A DNA stretch of 64,000 bases from Promethearchaeota archaeon (GCA_048937405.1 JBHLNF010000001.1:64001-128000), one strand, 5' to 3'; positions 46,763 through 58,048 are shown, counted from the stretch's first letter. Notes: generated from the sequence alone by a model not told the origin. Numbers and translations: made by a program.

Positions 46763-48889
46763 ATGACAACACCCTTATCAAGTCCTAGTCAACCCATTAA
46801 TAAGATTCAAAGATTTGAGGATTTTTATAGGTTGTTTCAAGAAAGTCCAGGAGTTTATAAATATCAAGATCAAATTAATGAGATCTATGCAAAAAGTGGG
46901 AATTCCCTAATTTTTCTGTTTGAGGATCTATTAGCATATGATCCTGATATTGCAGAAATGTTAAGAAAGGATCCTGAAACTTTACTTGAAGATGCTGTCG
47001 ATGCTTTCAAAAATTTACTAAAATTTCAAGGAGCAACACTAAGTAATCAGGATTATTTTGTAAGAATAACAACTAAAGATAAAAAGAGTCCATTATTCCG
47101 AGCTCTGAGGGAATTGAGAGCAAAGAATATTAGTACGCTTGTTTGGTCTAAAGGTATTGTAGTTAGATCTTCAATAATAAGACCAAAGATAATAAAAGCT
47201 TTTTTTGAATGTATTGTATGCGGAGCTCAATTTGAAGTAATTCAGTTAACTTCAAGAATAAGACTCCCTAAATTTTGTACAAATAAGCGTTGTAAAGCAA
47301 AAGCACAGTCTGATTTTAGATTAATATCGAAGAATTCAGAATTTATAGATTGGCAAAGTGTAATGATTCAAGAAATTCCTGAGGATCTTCCACCTGGAAG
47401 AATTCCTAGATCCGTTCAAGCAATTTTGACCCATGATTTAGTCGATACTGTTAAACCGGGAGATAGAGTAACATTAATGGGTATTTATAAATCAGTTATA
47501 GCCCAATCAACGAAAAACTATAATTCAACCTTATTTAAAACTTATTTTGATATCAATTTTATTGATCCTGAGGATAAATCTGAAGAAGCGATTGATCTAA
47601 CCAAAGAAGATAAAAAGAAAATTGAAAACCTGTCCAAAGAACCATTTATTCAAAAAAAAATAGCACGTTCAATTGCTCCCGATATTTATGGGAGAGAGGA
47701 TCTTAAAATGGCATGTGCGTTAAGTTTATTTGCTGGTACTAGAAAGAAAAAACCAGGAGGTGGTTATAAAAGAGGTGATATTCATGTTTTATTCGTAGGA
47801 GATCCCGGGACCGGAAAGAGTGAAATATTGAAATCCGCAATAGAAGTTTCTCCACGAGGATTATACACATCTGGGAAAGGTTCTACAGCAGTCGGTCTCA
47901 CGGCTGCCGTAATTAAAGAAGCAGACACAGGTCAAATGAACCTTGAAGCAGGAGTTGTTGTCTTAGCAAATGGGGGAGTGGCGGCAATAGATGAGTTTGA
48001 TAAAATGGATACTGCGGATAGATCAGCTCTACATGAGGCGATGGAGCAACAAACGGTGAGTATAGCAAAAGCAGGAATTGTAGCTACTTTAAAAGCCCAA
48101 ACAGCGATTATTGCTGCAGCTAATCCCTATTCTGGCAGATATGATATATATAAAACGCCTACCCAAAATATTAGACTCCCTCCTTCTCTATTGTCGCGTT
48201 TTGATTTAATATTTGTGGTGGTCGACAAACCTAATGCCGCAGATGATGCTCAAATGGCTGAATTTATTTTAAAAAACTCGATGATGAATATAGAAGAATC
48301 TCTTGAGGATAATGATACTTCAATAGCACCAATTTCTAGAGATCTTCTGAAGAAATATATTAAACATGCCAGAAGAACATATAATCCAATATTAACCGAT
48401 GAAGCAAAGGAAAGAATTAAAGAATTCTATCTCGAATTACGAGGTCAATATGATAGTGAGGATGCCATAATTTCAATATTAGCAAGAAATTTAGATGCCT
48501 TAGTTAGACTTAGTGAATCTTATGCTAAAATGGCCTTAAGAGATAAAGTTCTTAAAGAAGATGTTGAAGAAATTATTAGCTTATTCAAAAGATATCTTAA
48601 AGATACAGGATATGATGAAACTACCGGTAAAATAGATATGGATAGGATATTTGTAGGACAATCCAGAAGTAGTCTTAATAAACTGGAAACATTAATGAAT
48701 AGGTTAAAAGAGATATTTGAAGAAAATGAGTGGAAAGCACAAGAAAAAACTAATGTTATTCAAATTTTAGAATTAGAAGAAACTTTGGATAGAAAATTCA
48801 TAGAAAGTGCTCTAGAAGAGCTAATAAAAGAAGGAACTCTCTATGAACCAAAAAGTAATCAAATAAAATTTACAAATAAAATAGAATAA
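46763..48889 (+). CDS. mcm: Replicative helicase MCM
   Basis: C4 Zn finger, QEIPEDLPPGRIPR, GDPGTGKS, IDEFDKM, HEAMEQQTVSIAKAG, LLSRFD, C-terminal wH. Confidence 0.98.
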   Translation: MTTPLSSPSQPINKIQRFEDFYRLFQESPGVYKYQDQINEIYAKSGNSLIFLFEDLLAYDPDIAEMLRKDPETLLEDAVDAFKNLLKFQGATLSNQDYFVRITTKDKKSPLFRALRELRAKNISTLVWSKGIVVRSSIIRPKIIKAFFECIVCGAQFEVIQLTSRIRLPKFCTNKRCKAKAQSDFRLISKNSEFIDWQSVMIQEIPEDLPPGRIPRSVQAILTHDLVDTVKPGDRVTLMGIYKSVIAQSTKNYNSTLFKTYFDINFIDPEDKSEEAIDLTKEDKKKIENLSKEPFIQKKIARSIAPDIYGREDLKMACALSLFAGTRKKKPGGGYKRGDIHVLFVGDPGTGKSEILKSAIEVSPRGLYTSGKGSTAVGLTAAVIKEADTGQMNLEAGVVVLANGGVAAIDEFDKMDTADRSALHEAMEQQTVSIAKAGIVATLKAQTAIIAAANPYSGRYDIYKTPTQNIRLPPSLLSRFDLIFVVVDKPNAADDAQMAEFILKNSMMNIEESLEDNDTSIAPISRDLLKKYIKHARRTYNPILTDEAKERIKEFYLELRGQYDSEDAIISILARNLDALVRLSESYAKMALRDKVLKEDVEEIISLFKRYLKDTGYDETTGKIDMDRIFVGQSRSSLNKLETLMNRLKEIFEENEWKAQEKTNVIQILELEETLDRKFIESALEELIKEGTLYEPKSNQIKFTNKIE

Positions 48890-48916
48890 TTCTTTTTCTC
48901 TTAATTTTTCTTTAGT

Positions 48917-49450
48917 CTATTTTTTGTTATTAATTGTTTTTACCGCTTCTTCAGAAATTTTTTTAAATGCAGTCTCAACATTTTCACCTGTTTTAGCAGA
49001 AGTGTATATAATGGATAAAGCATTTATTTTTTTTCCTAAAAAATCTATCTCACTTTCACTTATCTGTGTTTCTAAATCACTCTTATTAGCGAGTAATATA
49101 ATAGGAACAATGTCGCAATATTGATTAATATCAGGAACCCAAAATTCTTCAATTTGATAAAATGTATTTTTTCTCGTTAAATCCCCTACAATAATCACCC
49201 CTCTAGCTCCAGTATAATAAGGTCTTCTCAAATTTGTCCAACGTTCTTGTCCGGCGATATCCCAAATCTGAATTGATATATTTGTCTCATTTTTCAATTT
49301 TATCTTTTTAATAAAGATATTAGTGCCGATACTTGCTCGATAGTCTTGAGTAAATTTCCCAGAGATAAATTTTTTAACTAAACTTGTCTTACCAACTGCG
49401 GGTTCTCCTATTATTATGATTTTTAGAGTATATTTGTTGGACTTGACCAT
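48917..49450 (-). CDS. Ras-superfamily (Rab-like) small GTPase
   Basis: G1 GEPAVGKT, G3 WDIAGQE, G4 NKSD, G5 SAKTG; RabF-like IQIW and YYTGA; no prenylation Cys. Confidence 0.93.
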   Translation of the reverse strand: MVKSNKYTLKIIIIGEPAVGKTSLVKKFISGKFTQDYRASIGTNIFIKKIKLKNETNISIQIWDIAGQERWTNLRRPYYTGARGVIIVGDLTRKNTFYQIEEFWVPDINQYCDIVPIILLANKSDLETQISESEIDFLGKKINALSIIYTSAKTGENVETAFKKISEEAVKTINNKK

Positions 49451-49550
49451 ATTTAATTATTCCTATGAAGAAAATTTTTTTAAGTATATATGTAGTTATT
49501 AAAATAATTATAGTTTAAAATTATTGAAGTAATTTTAGATTTTAAGATTA

Positions 49551-50660
49551 TTGAAGAGAATTAATATAATGACAACTGGAATTGTATACGACGATATTTT
49601 TTTAGAACATGACGTTGGTTCACATCCCGAGAACAAGAATAGATTAATTACTATTATGGACTTCTTAAAAGAAAAGAAATTACTTGAAAATCCGAGCTTT
49701 AAACTTATTAAGCCCAGAAAAGCTGATTTAGAGCAAATACGGTATGTCCATGAAGAACGGGTGATAAAAGAAATACAGGAGATATGTGAATTAAGTGCAA
49801 AAACACATCGTCTTCAATATTTAGATATGGACACTATAGCATCTCCCAAAACTTATGAAGCATCATTATATTCTGTGGGTGGAAATTTACAAGCTGCTGA
49901 TGAGATTTTAGATGGTAATATAAAGAATGCCTTCGCGTTAGTGAGACCTCCTGGTCACCACTCCAATTCACATAGATTTTCTGGATTTTGTATTTTTAAT
50001 AATATTGCGGTTGCAACAGAGTATCTTTTTAGAGAAAAAGGTATTAAGAGAGTTGCTATTGTCGATTGGGATTGTCACCATGGCAATGGAACTCAAGATA
50101 TATTTTATAAGGGTTCAGGATCAGATTCTGGAGAATTAGTAATATTCAATTCTCATCAGTACGGATATTTTTATCCAGGAAGTGGAAATTATGACGAAAT
50201 TGGATCAGATAAAGGAGCAGGAAAAATAATCAATTATGCAATGCCTGCTGGGACTGCTGATGACGCAATTCCTATCTTTTTTAATGAGATAATTTCTCCT
50301 GTATGTGGTGAATTTAAACCAGAATTCATACTAATATCTGCTGGTTTTGATACTCATTGGACTGATCAATTAACAAATATGAATTGGACCTATCAAGCCC
50401 CAGCAGAATATCTAAAAAAAATAAAAACAATAGCGCACAAATATGCAAAAGATAGAATATTGATAACCTTAGAGGGAGGTTATGAATTAGATAAACAGGC
50501 CCGAGCTGTTTATAACTGTTTAAAGGTTCTTAATAATGAAGACAATGATTTAATACAAGAAAAATCGAGATCCTCAGAATCAAAATTATTAAAATATCTT
50601 AATACCCAATTAATTCCCGCTTTAAAGGATAAATTAAAACCTTATTGGAGTTGTTTTTAA
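49551..50660 (+). CDS. Zn-dependent histone deacetylase family protein
   Basis: HPE..RL, RPPGHH, GFCIFNN, DWDCHHGNGTQ, SAGFD, LEGGY. Confidence 0.95.
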   Translation: MKRINIMTTGIVYDDIFLEHDVGSHPENKNRLITIMDFLKEKKLLENPSFKLIKPRKADLEQIRYVHEERVIKEIQEICELSAKTHRLQYLDMDTIASPKTYEASLYSVGGNLQAADEILDGNIKNAFALVRPPGHHSNSHRFSGFCIFNNIAVATEYLFREKGIKRVAIVDWDCHHGNGTQDIFYKGSGSDSGELVIFNSHQYGYFYPGSGNYDEIGSDKGAGKIINYAMPAGTADDAIPIFFNEIISPVCGEFKPEFILISAGFDTHWTDQLTNMNWTYQAPAEYLKKIKTIAHKYAKDRILITLEGGYELDKQARAVYNCLKVLNNEDNDLIQEKSRSSESKLLKYLNTQLIPALKDKLKPYWSCF

Positions 50661-50759
50661 GGTATAACATAGAAACACTTTTATATTTACATTTCTGCTA
50701 TAATCATAATTACTCCAACAATTTTGTAGAAACTGTTTTTTATTTATTATTAAAAAAGA

Positions 50760-51665
50760 TTGATTATTATGTCAAATGAAAATGAGAAAAAAAAAAGAGA
50801 AAAAAAAAAAAGCTCAGTACCTTCAATGCCACCTCCTTCGATAACTCCCCTCACCCCACCTCCATCAATGCCACCCCCCTCATCTCCACAACCTGAAATT
50901 CCATTATCACCGGTAACACCTCCACCCATGCAAACCTTTCCCTCTACTTCCACTCCAACTATAACAGCTCCACCCCCACCCCCTACAATACCATCATCCT
51001 CTATTGGACCTTCAGAAGAAGAATACAATACAGTTGTAGCACAGCTTCAACAAAAGGATTCTAGTTTACTCCAACTACAAACTCAGGTTACTGAATTAAA
51101 TTCTCAAAGTTCACTACTAGCTGCTCAACTTAGAGAAAAAGAAAATCAAGTTACTCGATTAACAAATCAATTACAATCTCTTCAAACTTCAACTGAAGCA
51201 TATCAACAACAAATACAACAATTAACAGAGGAGAAAGCTCAATTACAAGCCCATATTCCAGGATTGCAACAGCAGGTTCAGGAACTACAACAGCATAATT
51301 CAATGCTGCAACAACAACTTGGACCACTACAAGCACAAATAACAAAGTTACAAGAAGAAATAGCGTATAGAGATAAACGGATTGAAGAATTAAGAGAACC
51401 TAAAGCTGTAATGCCTTCTAGTTTAGCACAAGGTATCACAAATCAGACAGCAAGTTATAGTTCCAGCCCATCTATTACACCTTCAACAACCTCACCTGCC
51501 ACACCATCGCCTCAAGTAGGAACTGGAAGAAGAATATGTCCCAATTGTGGTGCATCTGGGTTTGCTGTAAAAGAAGTTGAAGATAAAACACGTATAATTA
51601 GTTATATACCAAAACCAATTTATGCGAAGAAATTAGTATGCACTAAATGTGGATTTGAATTTTAG
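50760..51665 (+). CDS. Polyproline plus Gln-rich coiled-coil plus C-terminal Zn-ribbon protein
   Basis: PPPS/PPPPP tract aa ~20-85, heptad Q/L coil aa ~88-212, CPNCG...CTKCG. Confidence 0.8.
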   Translation: MIIMSNENEKKKREKKKSSVPSMPPPSITPLTPPPSMPPPSSPQPEIPLSPVTPPPMQTFPSTSTPTITAPPPPPTIPSSSIGPSEEEYNTVVAQLQQKDSSLLQLQTQVTELNSQSSLLAAQLREKENQVTRLTNQLQSLQTSTEAYQQQIQQLTEEKAQLQAHIPGLQQQVQELQQHNSMLQQQLGPLQAQITKLQEEIAYRDKRIEELREPKAVMPSSLAQGITNQTASYSSSPSITPSTTSPATPSPQVGTGRRICPNCGASGFAVKEVEDKTRIISYIPKPIYAKKLVCTKCGFEF

Positions 51666-51911
51666 ATATATTTACTATCCTTTAATCAAAAAAAATTTCA
51701 AATAAAATTTATTTCAAACCTTTTATTGAGCTGTTTGTAAATTAAAACTCTCTTATACCTATTTTTTAAGATAGTGAGTCAAACATAATATTAAAGATAA
51801 TTTTTAAAAAACCTATTAACTTAAAAAAAGTTGTGGAAAATTATATATATAATAAATTTGATTAATATTCTAAACTTTTTTTGAAAAAAAAAAAGATTAT
51901 TTATAGTATCT

Positions 51912-54900
51912 ATGTCAGAATTAAGAGAGGAAATATTAGGAGCTGCCATTAATAAAAAAAGAATTATTGGTGTTATATTGGTAGCAATACTTTTAACTTC
52001 AATTTTCGCCTTCTCAACAGTATTTTTTAATTATATATTTGGCTCTCAAAGAGAATTACCTAATAGAAATTTAGAAAATGAAACAGAAGAAGAGCCATTA
52101 TTAATATTACCACCTCCTCCACTTGACCTCGATGATTTACTCGACCTATTAGATCAGTTTGATCCTAATTTATTAGATCAACTAGACATTGATAATGAAT
52201 CCTTGATGAACATGTTTTCTGATTTGCTTGATGGAAATTTAGACGATTTAGATTTAGGTGATTTTTCTATGGGATCAATTCTCCCTATACTAGCCTTATT
52301 AGGTTTGGCTGGAGCTGGGGATATTGAAATATTTAGAGTATATAATTATGATTCCTTAGATGATATGAGAGACGTTTTATGGAAATTCGAATGTTTTGAT
52401 GAATATACTGGAGATGGATGGCATTCAACAGCAAGTACAGATATATATGACTTTTATGACTATTCTGATTATTACTCAAAATATGGTCCAGATCCAGAGC
52501 TTTTGACAATTAAAAAACCAGTTCCTTCTCCTGAAGTTGGAGGTAATTCAATGGTCATTCCAACACTTTTCCCTAATCCTTATGTTATGGATGGAAGTGT
52601 TAATGCTCCAAATTTAGATCCAACATATACAACACTTTATAAAAATGAATATAATTGTACTGTGCTAGATCTCTACTTCACATCAAGTGATGCAGTAAAT
52701 ATGACATATGAAATGTTTGGTCTAAACTTACCCACCGATCAAGAAATTAATAATAATGCTGTTGAACCTATTTATACCCCACTTTATATAAGAAATAAAT
52801 ATTTACAGTTACCCCCAACCATCGAAGATTATAAAAGTAATCATCCTAACTTTAATACTCATTTCGACAATTTAGATGCTATTATTGATCCTAGTGATAA
52901 TGCTTTCGTGGTGGCAAATAAAATTAAGAATTATCTTAATACTTACTTTGATATTCCGAGGAGTGTTGATGAATACAATCCTGCTCCTGAAGGGGTTGAT
53001 ACAGTTGAGTGGTTCTGTCAAGAACAAGTAGGAGTATATTCTGATTTTGCTTCTGCTTTTTGTGCTTTTTCTCGTGCTTTTGGTGTTGCTAGTAGATTTG
53101 TTGATGGTTTTAATAGCTTCCAAATAGAAGAATTTTATGATAATATTGAAGGACAGAATTCGTTTGCTATAAAATATGAAAATCTCTATAATTGGGCAGA
53201 AATTTATGTTCCAATGGATATATCAGGAGCAGGACAATGGGTTCAATTCGATATCGAACCAATAACAATATTGGGAGGAAATTATAATATTACAGTCGAT
53301 TCAGATCAATTATATTATTCTAGACCAGATACAGCAATAATCACAGCAAATGTTAGTTCTCTCACCAGTCCAGAAGAAGGTTTAACTATAACTTTTACAG
53401 ATACTACAACTGGGCAGAATTTGGGGCAAGATATTACCGATATTAATGGTGAAGCATCAATCCTTTTTGATCTTAATGATTCACACGTAGTTGGTCCTCA
53501 CGTCATCGAAGCAAAATATGACGATGTAAATTCGAATACTACAGTTATTGGTATATTAGGTGATATATCAGTGCTTCTTATAAATGTTAATCCAGCAGAA
53601 ATAAATATATCTGATTCTCAACCGGATTCGACAAACATTCAAGGACATGTCTATGACCCAAAAAATGGGGAAAGTGTCCAAAATGCTGTAGTAAATCTTT
53701 TACTATTTCAAAGAGGGACTAGTACAGAGGAAACATTTGCTTTCAACCCATCCTCAGTAATAACCGATAATAATGGTGATTTCAACGAGGTTATTGATTT
53801 AAATCCCTCTGTTCTAGTGGGACAATATGAGGTTAGAGCTGATTTTAATGGGACGTGGATTTTATATGTTGAACCTTATCTTTATCAAATTCCTTCAATG
53901 TCAAACTCAAGTAATAGAATGGGACTGAATGTCACAAAATCGTTAGATATTTCATTTTATATCGATGGTATACCTGCTGTTAATCCTACTAACCCTCTTG
54001 TTAATCGAAGTGATACTCTTACACTTACTGCTAGAGTAGTTTCAGTAGTTCATGGACCTATGTATAATAAAAGAGTTTATTTTTATGATTATTCTAGAGG
54101 AGATGTTCTCATAAATTCTGATCTAACAGATATAAATGGATATGCCTCTACTAGTTATTTTGTCGGAGATTATTGCGTAGCAGGACCGAACTTACTATAC
54201 GCTAGAATTGGTCTACAAAAAAATTACTCATATTTTGTTTTAAATGAGACTCCTACTATAAATATCATTTCTGGACCAACTCCTCGGGTTATAAACCGTA
54301 CAGGAAGTGGAGTAACACAGTTTAATATAGTAGGAGAAATTTATGATACTACTACTAATTCTCTACCAATACGCTACTCCGAGATAACGCTAACATTATT
54401 AAGAGGTGGTATAAATTATTCGTCTTACTTAGTTCCAAATGAGGCTTACCCTTATCAAACAGACGCATCTGGTAATTTTGATCTTACTTTTGGAGTTGAT
54501 TCCAATACTCCACCGGGTAATTATACGTTAAGATTAGATTTTAACGGTACAATAAATTTATTATCTTATCCTTATCCCTATTATTTTGATTTACCAATTT
54601 TAACCACTACATCATATTTTATAAACGATCTTAGAATAGAGACAGAAGCATCTTTACTATTTTGGATAAATGGAACTACATCAGATAATTTTAATAACCC
54701 ACGAATTAATCGTAATGAAGATCTAAACCTTTCAGTATATATTCATCTCGCTGGAGTTCCGATAGATGATGGAGAAAGAGTTGATTTTTACGATGTTACC
54801 CAAAACATCCCTATTGGTTATGATACAACCATAAATGGAATTGCTACAGTTATTTATTCAACAAATTCTAGTACAGTAGCAGGACCACATTTGATTTACG

Positions 54901-56393
54901 CTACTTGGAATGGTAGAACTAATTATTCTTATTTTGTTTTAGATGAATCAATAGATATTAATCTTCAGGCATGGCCTCAACCTCGAGAAATAAATAAATA
55001 TGGCCCTTCCAGTAATACATTTATTATTCAAGGATATTTAAATGATACATCAAATTTTGACCCTATTAAATACGGCGAAATATCTATCCACATTTTTGAC
55101 GGTACCGAAATTTTTGGTGGATTAGTACTTGTAAGTGGTTCTTATCAAACTGATCAATATGGTACAATCTATGCTGAATTCACGACGGCTAGTTTTGTTC
55201 CTACAGGTAATTATACTCTAGAAGTATGGTTTAACGGGACTTTCATTTATTCAAGTCCAAATAATATTTATAATGAACATGATTTTAATTTACCATATAT
55301 CAATGCTTCTTCAGACGCGAATTACCAGTTACGAGTATATGACCCCGACGATATTAAAATCCATCTTTGGATTAATGGTACTGCTACATTACCAACTTAT
55401 TATGATTGGGAAGGAAATTTCCCAGAAAGCTTTTCTCGTGGAGGAGACATAAATTTTACAGTATATATTTTAAACAGTACTGATAATCCTGTTACTTATG
55501 GAGAAGTAAGAATTTATAACATCTACAATAACTCATATCTTTTAGGCAGCCACACTTTTACTGGTGGTGAATCTAGACAAGGTTTTCATACATTTATTAT
55601 AGATACAAGCTTATGGTATGGTGGAATTCATTATATTAAAGTAAATTGGTCAAGTTATGTAACATTTAACACTACTTTTGTAATTATAAATGAGCCGGTA
55701 ACCATATCCACTAATTTGATTGATCGCATAATCACTAGGGATGTTGAAAATTTCTTTGTATCTGGAACCGTCCAAGACCAATTAATCGGAACTCCTCTAA
55801 GAGGTCTAAGATTAAATATAATATTACTAGATAGTAGTCTTTCAGATGTTACTCTTTCATATTTAATTGGCTCTAACTGGTTAACAATAAATAATGATGG
55901 GTCTTATCAATTTTCCAATTCAATTGCCCTTTCATGCCCACAAGGTGAATATTCGCTAAATATTACCTTTACGGGAGATATTGATGCTCCCGGTATATAC
56001 CAAACAGGGATTATGATTCACAGTAGTTCATTGATTCCCATAAATATTACGGCTGGAACATCTTTAATAACTGATACGTATTGGAGTGATTGGGAGTCAT
56101 ATGATCCAGAATTATGGATTTTAGGCGATACAGTCCATATAAATGGTACTTTATTATGGGATAATGGTACAGCCATTGAAGGTGTAAATGTTATTGTTTC
56201 AGTTAGATATCTTTCAAATGGTACTTGGATTGATGCAAATTCTTTTGTTGTTACTGGACCTGGAGGAATTTTTGAAGGAATTTTAACTGTTGATGATGAG
56301 TGGCCTGATACAAGAGCAGAAACAACCGTTTGGGTCAATTATAGCCCTCCTGTTTCAGAATATATTGAGGGAGATGAAGAACCATATTTATAA
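51912..56393 (+). CDS. Transglutaminase-like (inactive) surface protein with Ig-like repeats
   Basis: YLQLP..., GVYSDFASAFCAFSRAFGVASRFVDGF, LYNWAEIY, WVQFD; N-terminal TM; repeated ~235-aa beta-rich units (AGPHLIYA..NYSYFVL, GNYTLR/E.FNGT). Confidence 0.85.
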   Translation: MSELREEILGAAINKKRIIGVILVAILLTSIFAFSTVFFNYIFGSQRELPNRNLENETEEEPLLILPPPPLDLDDLLDLLDQFDPNLLDQLDIDNESLMNMFSDLLDGNLDDLDLGDFSMGSILPILALLGLAGAGDIEIFRVYNYDSLDDMRDVLWKFECFDEYTGDGWHSTASTDIYDFYDYSDYYSKYGPDPELLTIKKPVPSPEVGGNSMVIPTLFPNPYVMDGSVNAPNLDPTYTTLYKNEYNCTVLDLYFTSSDAVNMTYEMFGLNLPTDQEINNNAVEPIYTPLYIRNKYLQLPPTIEDYKSNHPNFNTHFDNLDAIIDPSDNAFVVANKIKNYLNTYFDIPRSVDEYNPAPEGVDTVEWFCQEQVGVYSDFASAFCAFSRAFGVASRFVDGFNSFQIEEFYDNIEGQNSFAIKYENLYNWAEIYVPMDISGAGQWVQFDIEPITILGGNYNITVDSDQLYYSRPDTAIITANVSSLTSPEEGLTITFTDTTTGQNLGQDITDINGEASILFDLNDSHVVGPHVIEAKYDDVNSNTTVIGILGDISVLLINVNPAEINISDSQPDSTNIQGHVYDPKNGESVQNAVVNLLLFQRGTSTEETFAFNPSSVITDNNGDFNEVIDLNPSVLVGQYEVRADFNGTWILYVEPYLYQIPSMSNSSNRMGLNVTKSLDISFYIDGIPAVNPTNPLVNRSDTLTLTARVVSVVHGPMYNKRVYFYDYSRGDVLINSDLTDINGYASTSYFVGDYCVAGPNLLYARIGLQKNYSYFVLNETPTINIISGPTPRVINRTGSGVTQFNIVGEIYDTTTNSLPIRYSEITLTLLRGGINYSSYLVPNEAYPYQTDASGNFDLTFGVDSNTPPGNYTLRLDFNGTINLLSYPYPYYFDLPILTTTSYFINDLRIETEASLLFWINGTTSDNFNNPRINRNEDLNLSVYIHLAGVPIDDGERVDFYDVTQNIPIGYDTTINGIATVIYSTNSSTVAGPHLIYATWNGRTNYSYFVLDESIDINLQAWPQPREINKYGPSSNTFIIQGYLNDTSNFDPIKYGEISIHIFDGTEIFGGLVLVSGSYQTDQYGTIYAEFTTASFVPTGNYTLEVWFNGTFIYSSPNNIYNEHDFNLPYINASSDANYQLRVYDPDDIKIHLWINGTATLPTYYDWEGNFPESFSRGGDINFTVYILNSTDNPVTYGEVRIYNIYNNSYLLGSHTFTGGESRQGFHTFIIDTSLWYGGIHYIKVNWSSYVTFNTTFVIINEPVTISTNLIDRIITRDVENFFVSGTVQDQLIGTPLRGLRLNIILLDSSLSDVTLSYLIGSNWLTINNDGSYQFSNSIALSCPQGEYSLNITFTGDIDAPGIYQTGIMIHSSSLIPINITAGTSLITDTYWSDWESYDPELWILGDTVHINGTLLWDNGTAIEGVNVIVSVRYLSNGTWIDANSFVVTGPGGIFEGILTVDDEWPDTRAETTVWVNYSPPVSEYIEGDEEPYL

Positions 56394-56434
56394 AAATCAG
56401 TAATTTATAAAGAATTAGGAGAAAAGAAAATTTT

Positions 56435-58048
56435 ATGTATAAAACAAGAAATCGAAAACACCTCAGAAGGTTTACTTGTTTTTTAGGTATAATTATTTTA
56501 TCTATTCCAATTTTTTTGATATTTCTAAGTAGTAATAATAATATAGCAAATGATTTTTACAAAAATGAGAATTTAAACAAAGGTGATAATGACATCATCC
56601 CCAAAAATTCAGCAACATGGGGATGGGTAAATCTTACGAATTATATGATTAATGAGACTCGTCATTATCATAATGATATTGTTCCAATCGAAGGGCGATT
56701 ATATTTTAAACCTAATGATACAGGTTATGAAGGAGAATCAGTATCTCTAAAAGTTGATGGAGATATCCTCTCCTCACAATATACTAATATAACAAATGAA
56801 AATGGAGAATTTAGATTTGACTATACAATTCCTAATTCAAGTAATATTTATACTGATCATAAATTTGAAGCGATTGTTAATACTGGTAAAACTGTTAAAT
56901 ATTTAAATTATTTAATTATCAACTTTAAATCAAACTCTACATTTGCTAATGTACTTTACAACACCTCTCTTCCATTACTTTCAGGAGAACAACTATCGAT
57001 AAGCGGAGATTTAAGTTATATGAATGGAAGTAATATTCCTTCGGCCATAATTAATTATTATTGGTTAGATGGTACAAATATATTGTCTCAGGATTCTTTT
57101 AATACAGATGATTTTGGCTCATTTACGAATACTATGATACAAGTACCTAATACATTTTCAAATTACTTGGATTTAAAATTAAACTTTTCAGATGATCCTT
57201 TTGTTGATTATAACGAATCGACCATTTCTGATATTTCAATCTTTTCAAATATTACGTGTAATTTGGATATTGATAGCACCCCCACAGAGGGACAAGAATT
57301 TACATTAAAAGGCACTTTATTATCTAGCACAGATCCCACTATAAGAATAAGTAACAGAGAAATTAAGATTATCTATAATAGGACAATACTTAATACTACA
57401 TCTGACCCTATAATAACAGAATCAGATGGCACTTTTTCTGCTACATTTCAAATACCTGAAGGAAATGGTACTGCGTCAATCCAGATAAAATTAGAAAATG
57501 ATCTAGATTTAGATTTAAGAACACCATTACGATATATATCCGTTGAGGCAAGTTCTTCTTCAGCCTCCGGATCTACAGGTGGTGCGCCTCCATTTTTAAT
57601 ATTTTCAATGATTTTCTTTCCAATTATAGCAATTGTTGCAGTAGCATTAGGAATTTATGGTTTTTATTATTATAGAAAACGAGAGAAAGAGTCACGAGTG
57701 GTAAATTTACCACTTGAATCAAGAATAGAAAATCTTAAAATTCTTAAAGATTCAGGAAGATTAGAAGAATCCATATCATATCTATTTAATGCAATTTATA
57801 TGGATTTAATCAATGCTAAATATAATCGGACGAGAAATATCAATGAAACCATCAGAGATTTTGCAATCATATCAGTGAAAGAATTAAAACTAACTCCTTC
57901 TTCAATATACCCCTTTATTCAAAAAGTTGAAGAGATAATATACGCAAAACCTTTTAAAATATTGGAGCAAGATTTCTATACCACATGCGAATTATTCTCA
58001 CCAATATATTATCAATTAACAGGTTATAATTTTGTTTTAAATTTCTAA
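56435..58048 (+). CDS. Membrane-anchored Ig-like protein with cytoplasmic DUF4129-like domain
   Basis: Signal anchor, beta repeats (TNENGEFRF, TDDFGSF, TESDGTF), TM, then ETIRDFA..IYPFIQKVEEIIY. Confidence 0.75.
   Translation: MYKTRNRKHLRRFTCFLGIIILSIPIFLIFLSSNNNIANDFYKNENLNKGDNDIIPKNSATWGWVNLTNYMINETRHYHNDIVPIEGRLYFKPNDTGYEGESVSLKVDGDILSSQYTNITNENGEFRFDYTIPNSSNIYTDHKFEAIVNTGKTVKYLNYLIINFKSNSTFANVLYNTSLPLLSGEQLSISGDLSYMNGSNIPSAIINYYWLDGTNILSQDSFNTDDFGSFTNTMIQVPNTFSNYLDLKLNFSDDPFVDYNESTISDISIFSNITCNLDIDSTPTEGQEFTLKGTLLSSTDPTIRISNREIKIIYNRTILNTTSDPIITESDGTFSATFQIPEGNGTASIQIKLENDLDLDLRTPLRYISVEASSSSASGSTGGAPPFLIFSMIFFPIIAIVAVALGIYGFYYYRKREKESRVVNLPLESRIENLKILKDSGRLEESISYLFNAIYMDLINAKYNRTRNINETIRDFAIISVKELKLTPSSIYPFIQKVEEIIYAKPFKILEQDFYTTCELFSPIYYQLTGYNFVLNF

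Noticed and set aside
36853-48889. Inteins in Top6B or MCM
   Set aside because: No C/S...HN-[CST] splice junctions or LAGLIDADG motifs seen; MCM is normal length.
48917-50660. Rab-like GTPase and HDAC as novel findings
   Set aside because: Both families are well documented in Asgard and other archaea; motifs are canonical.
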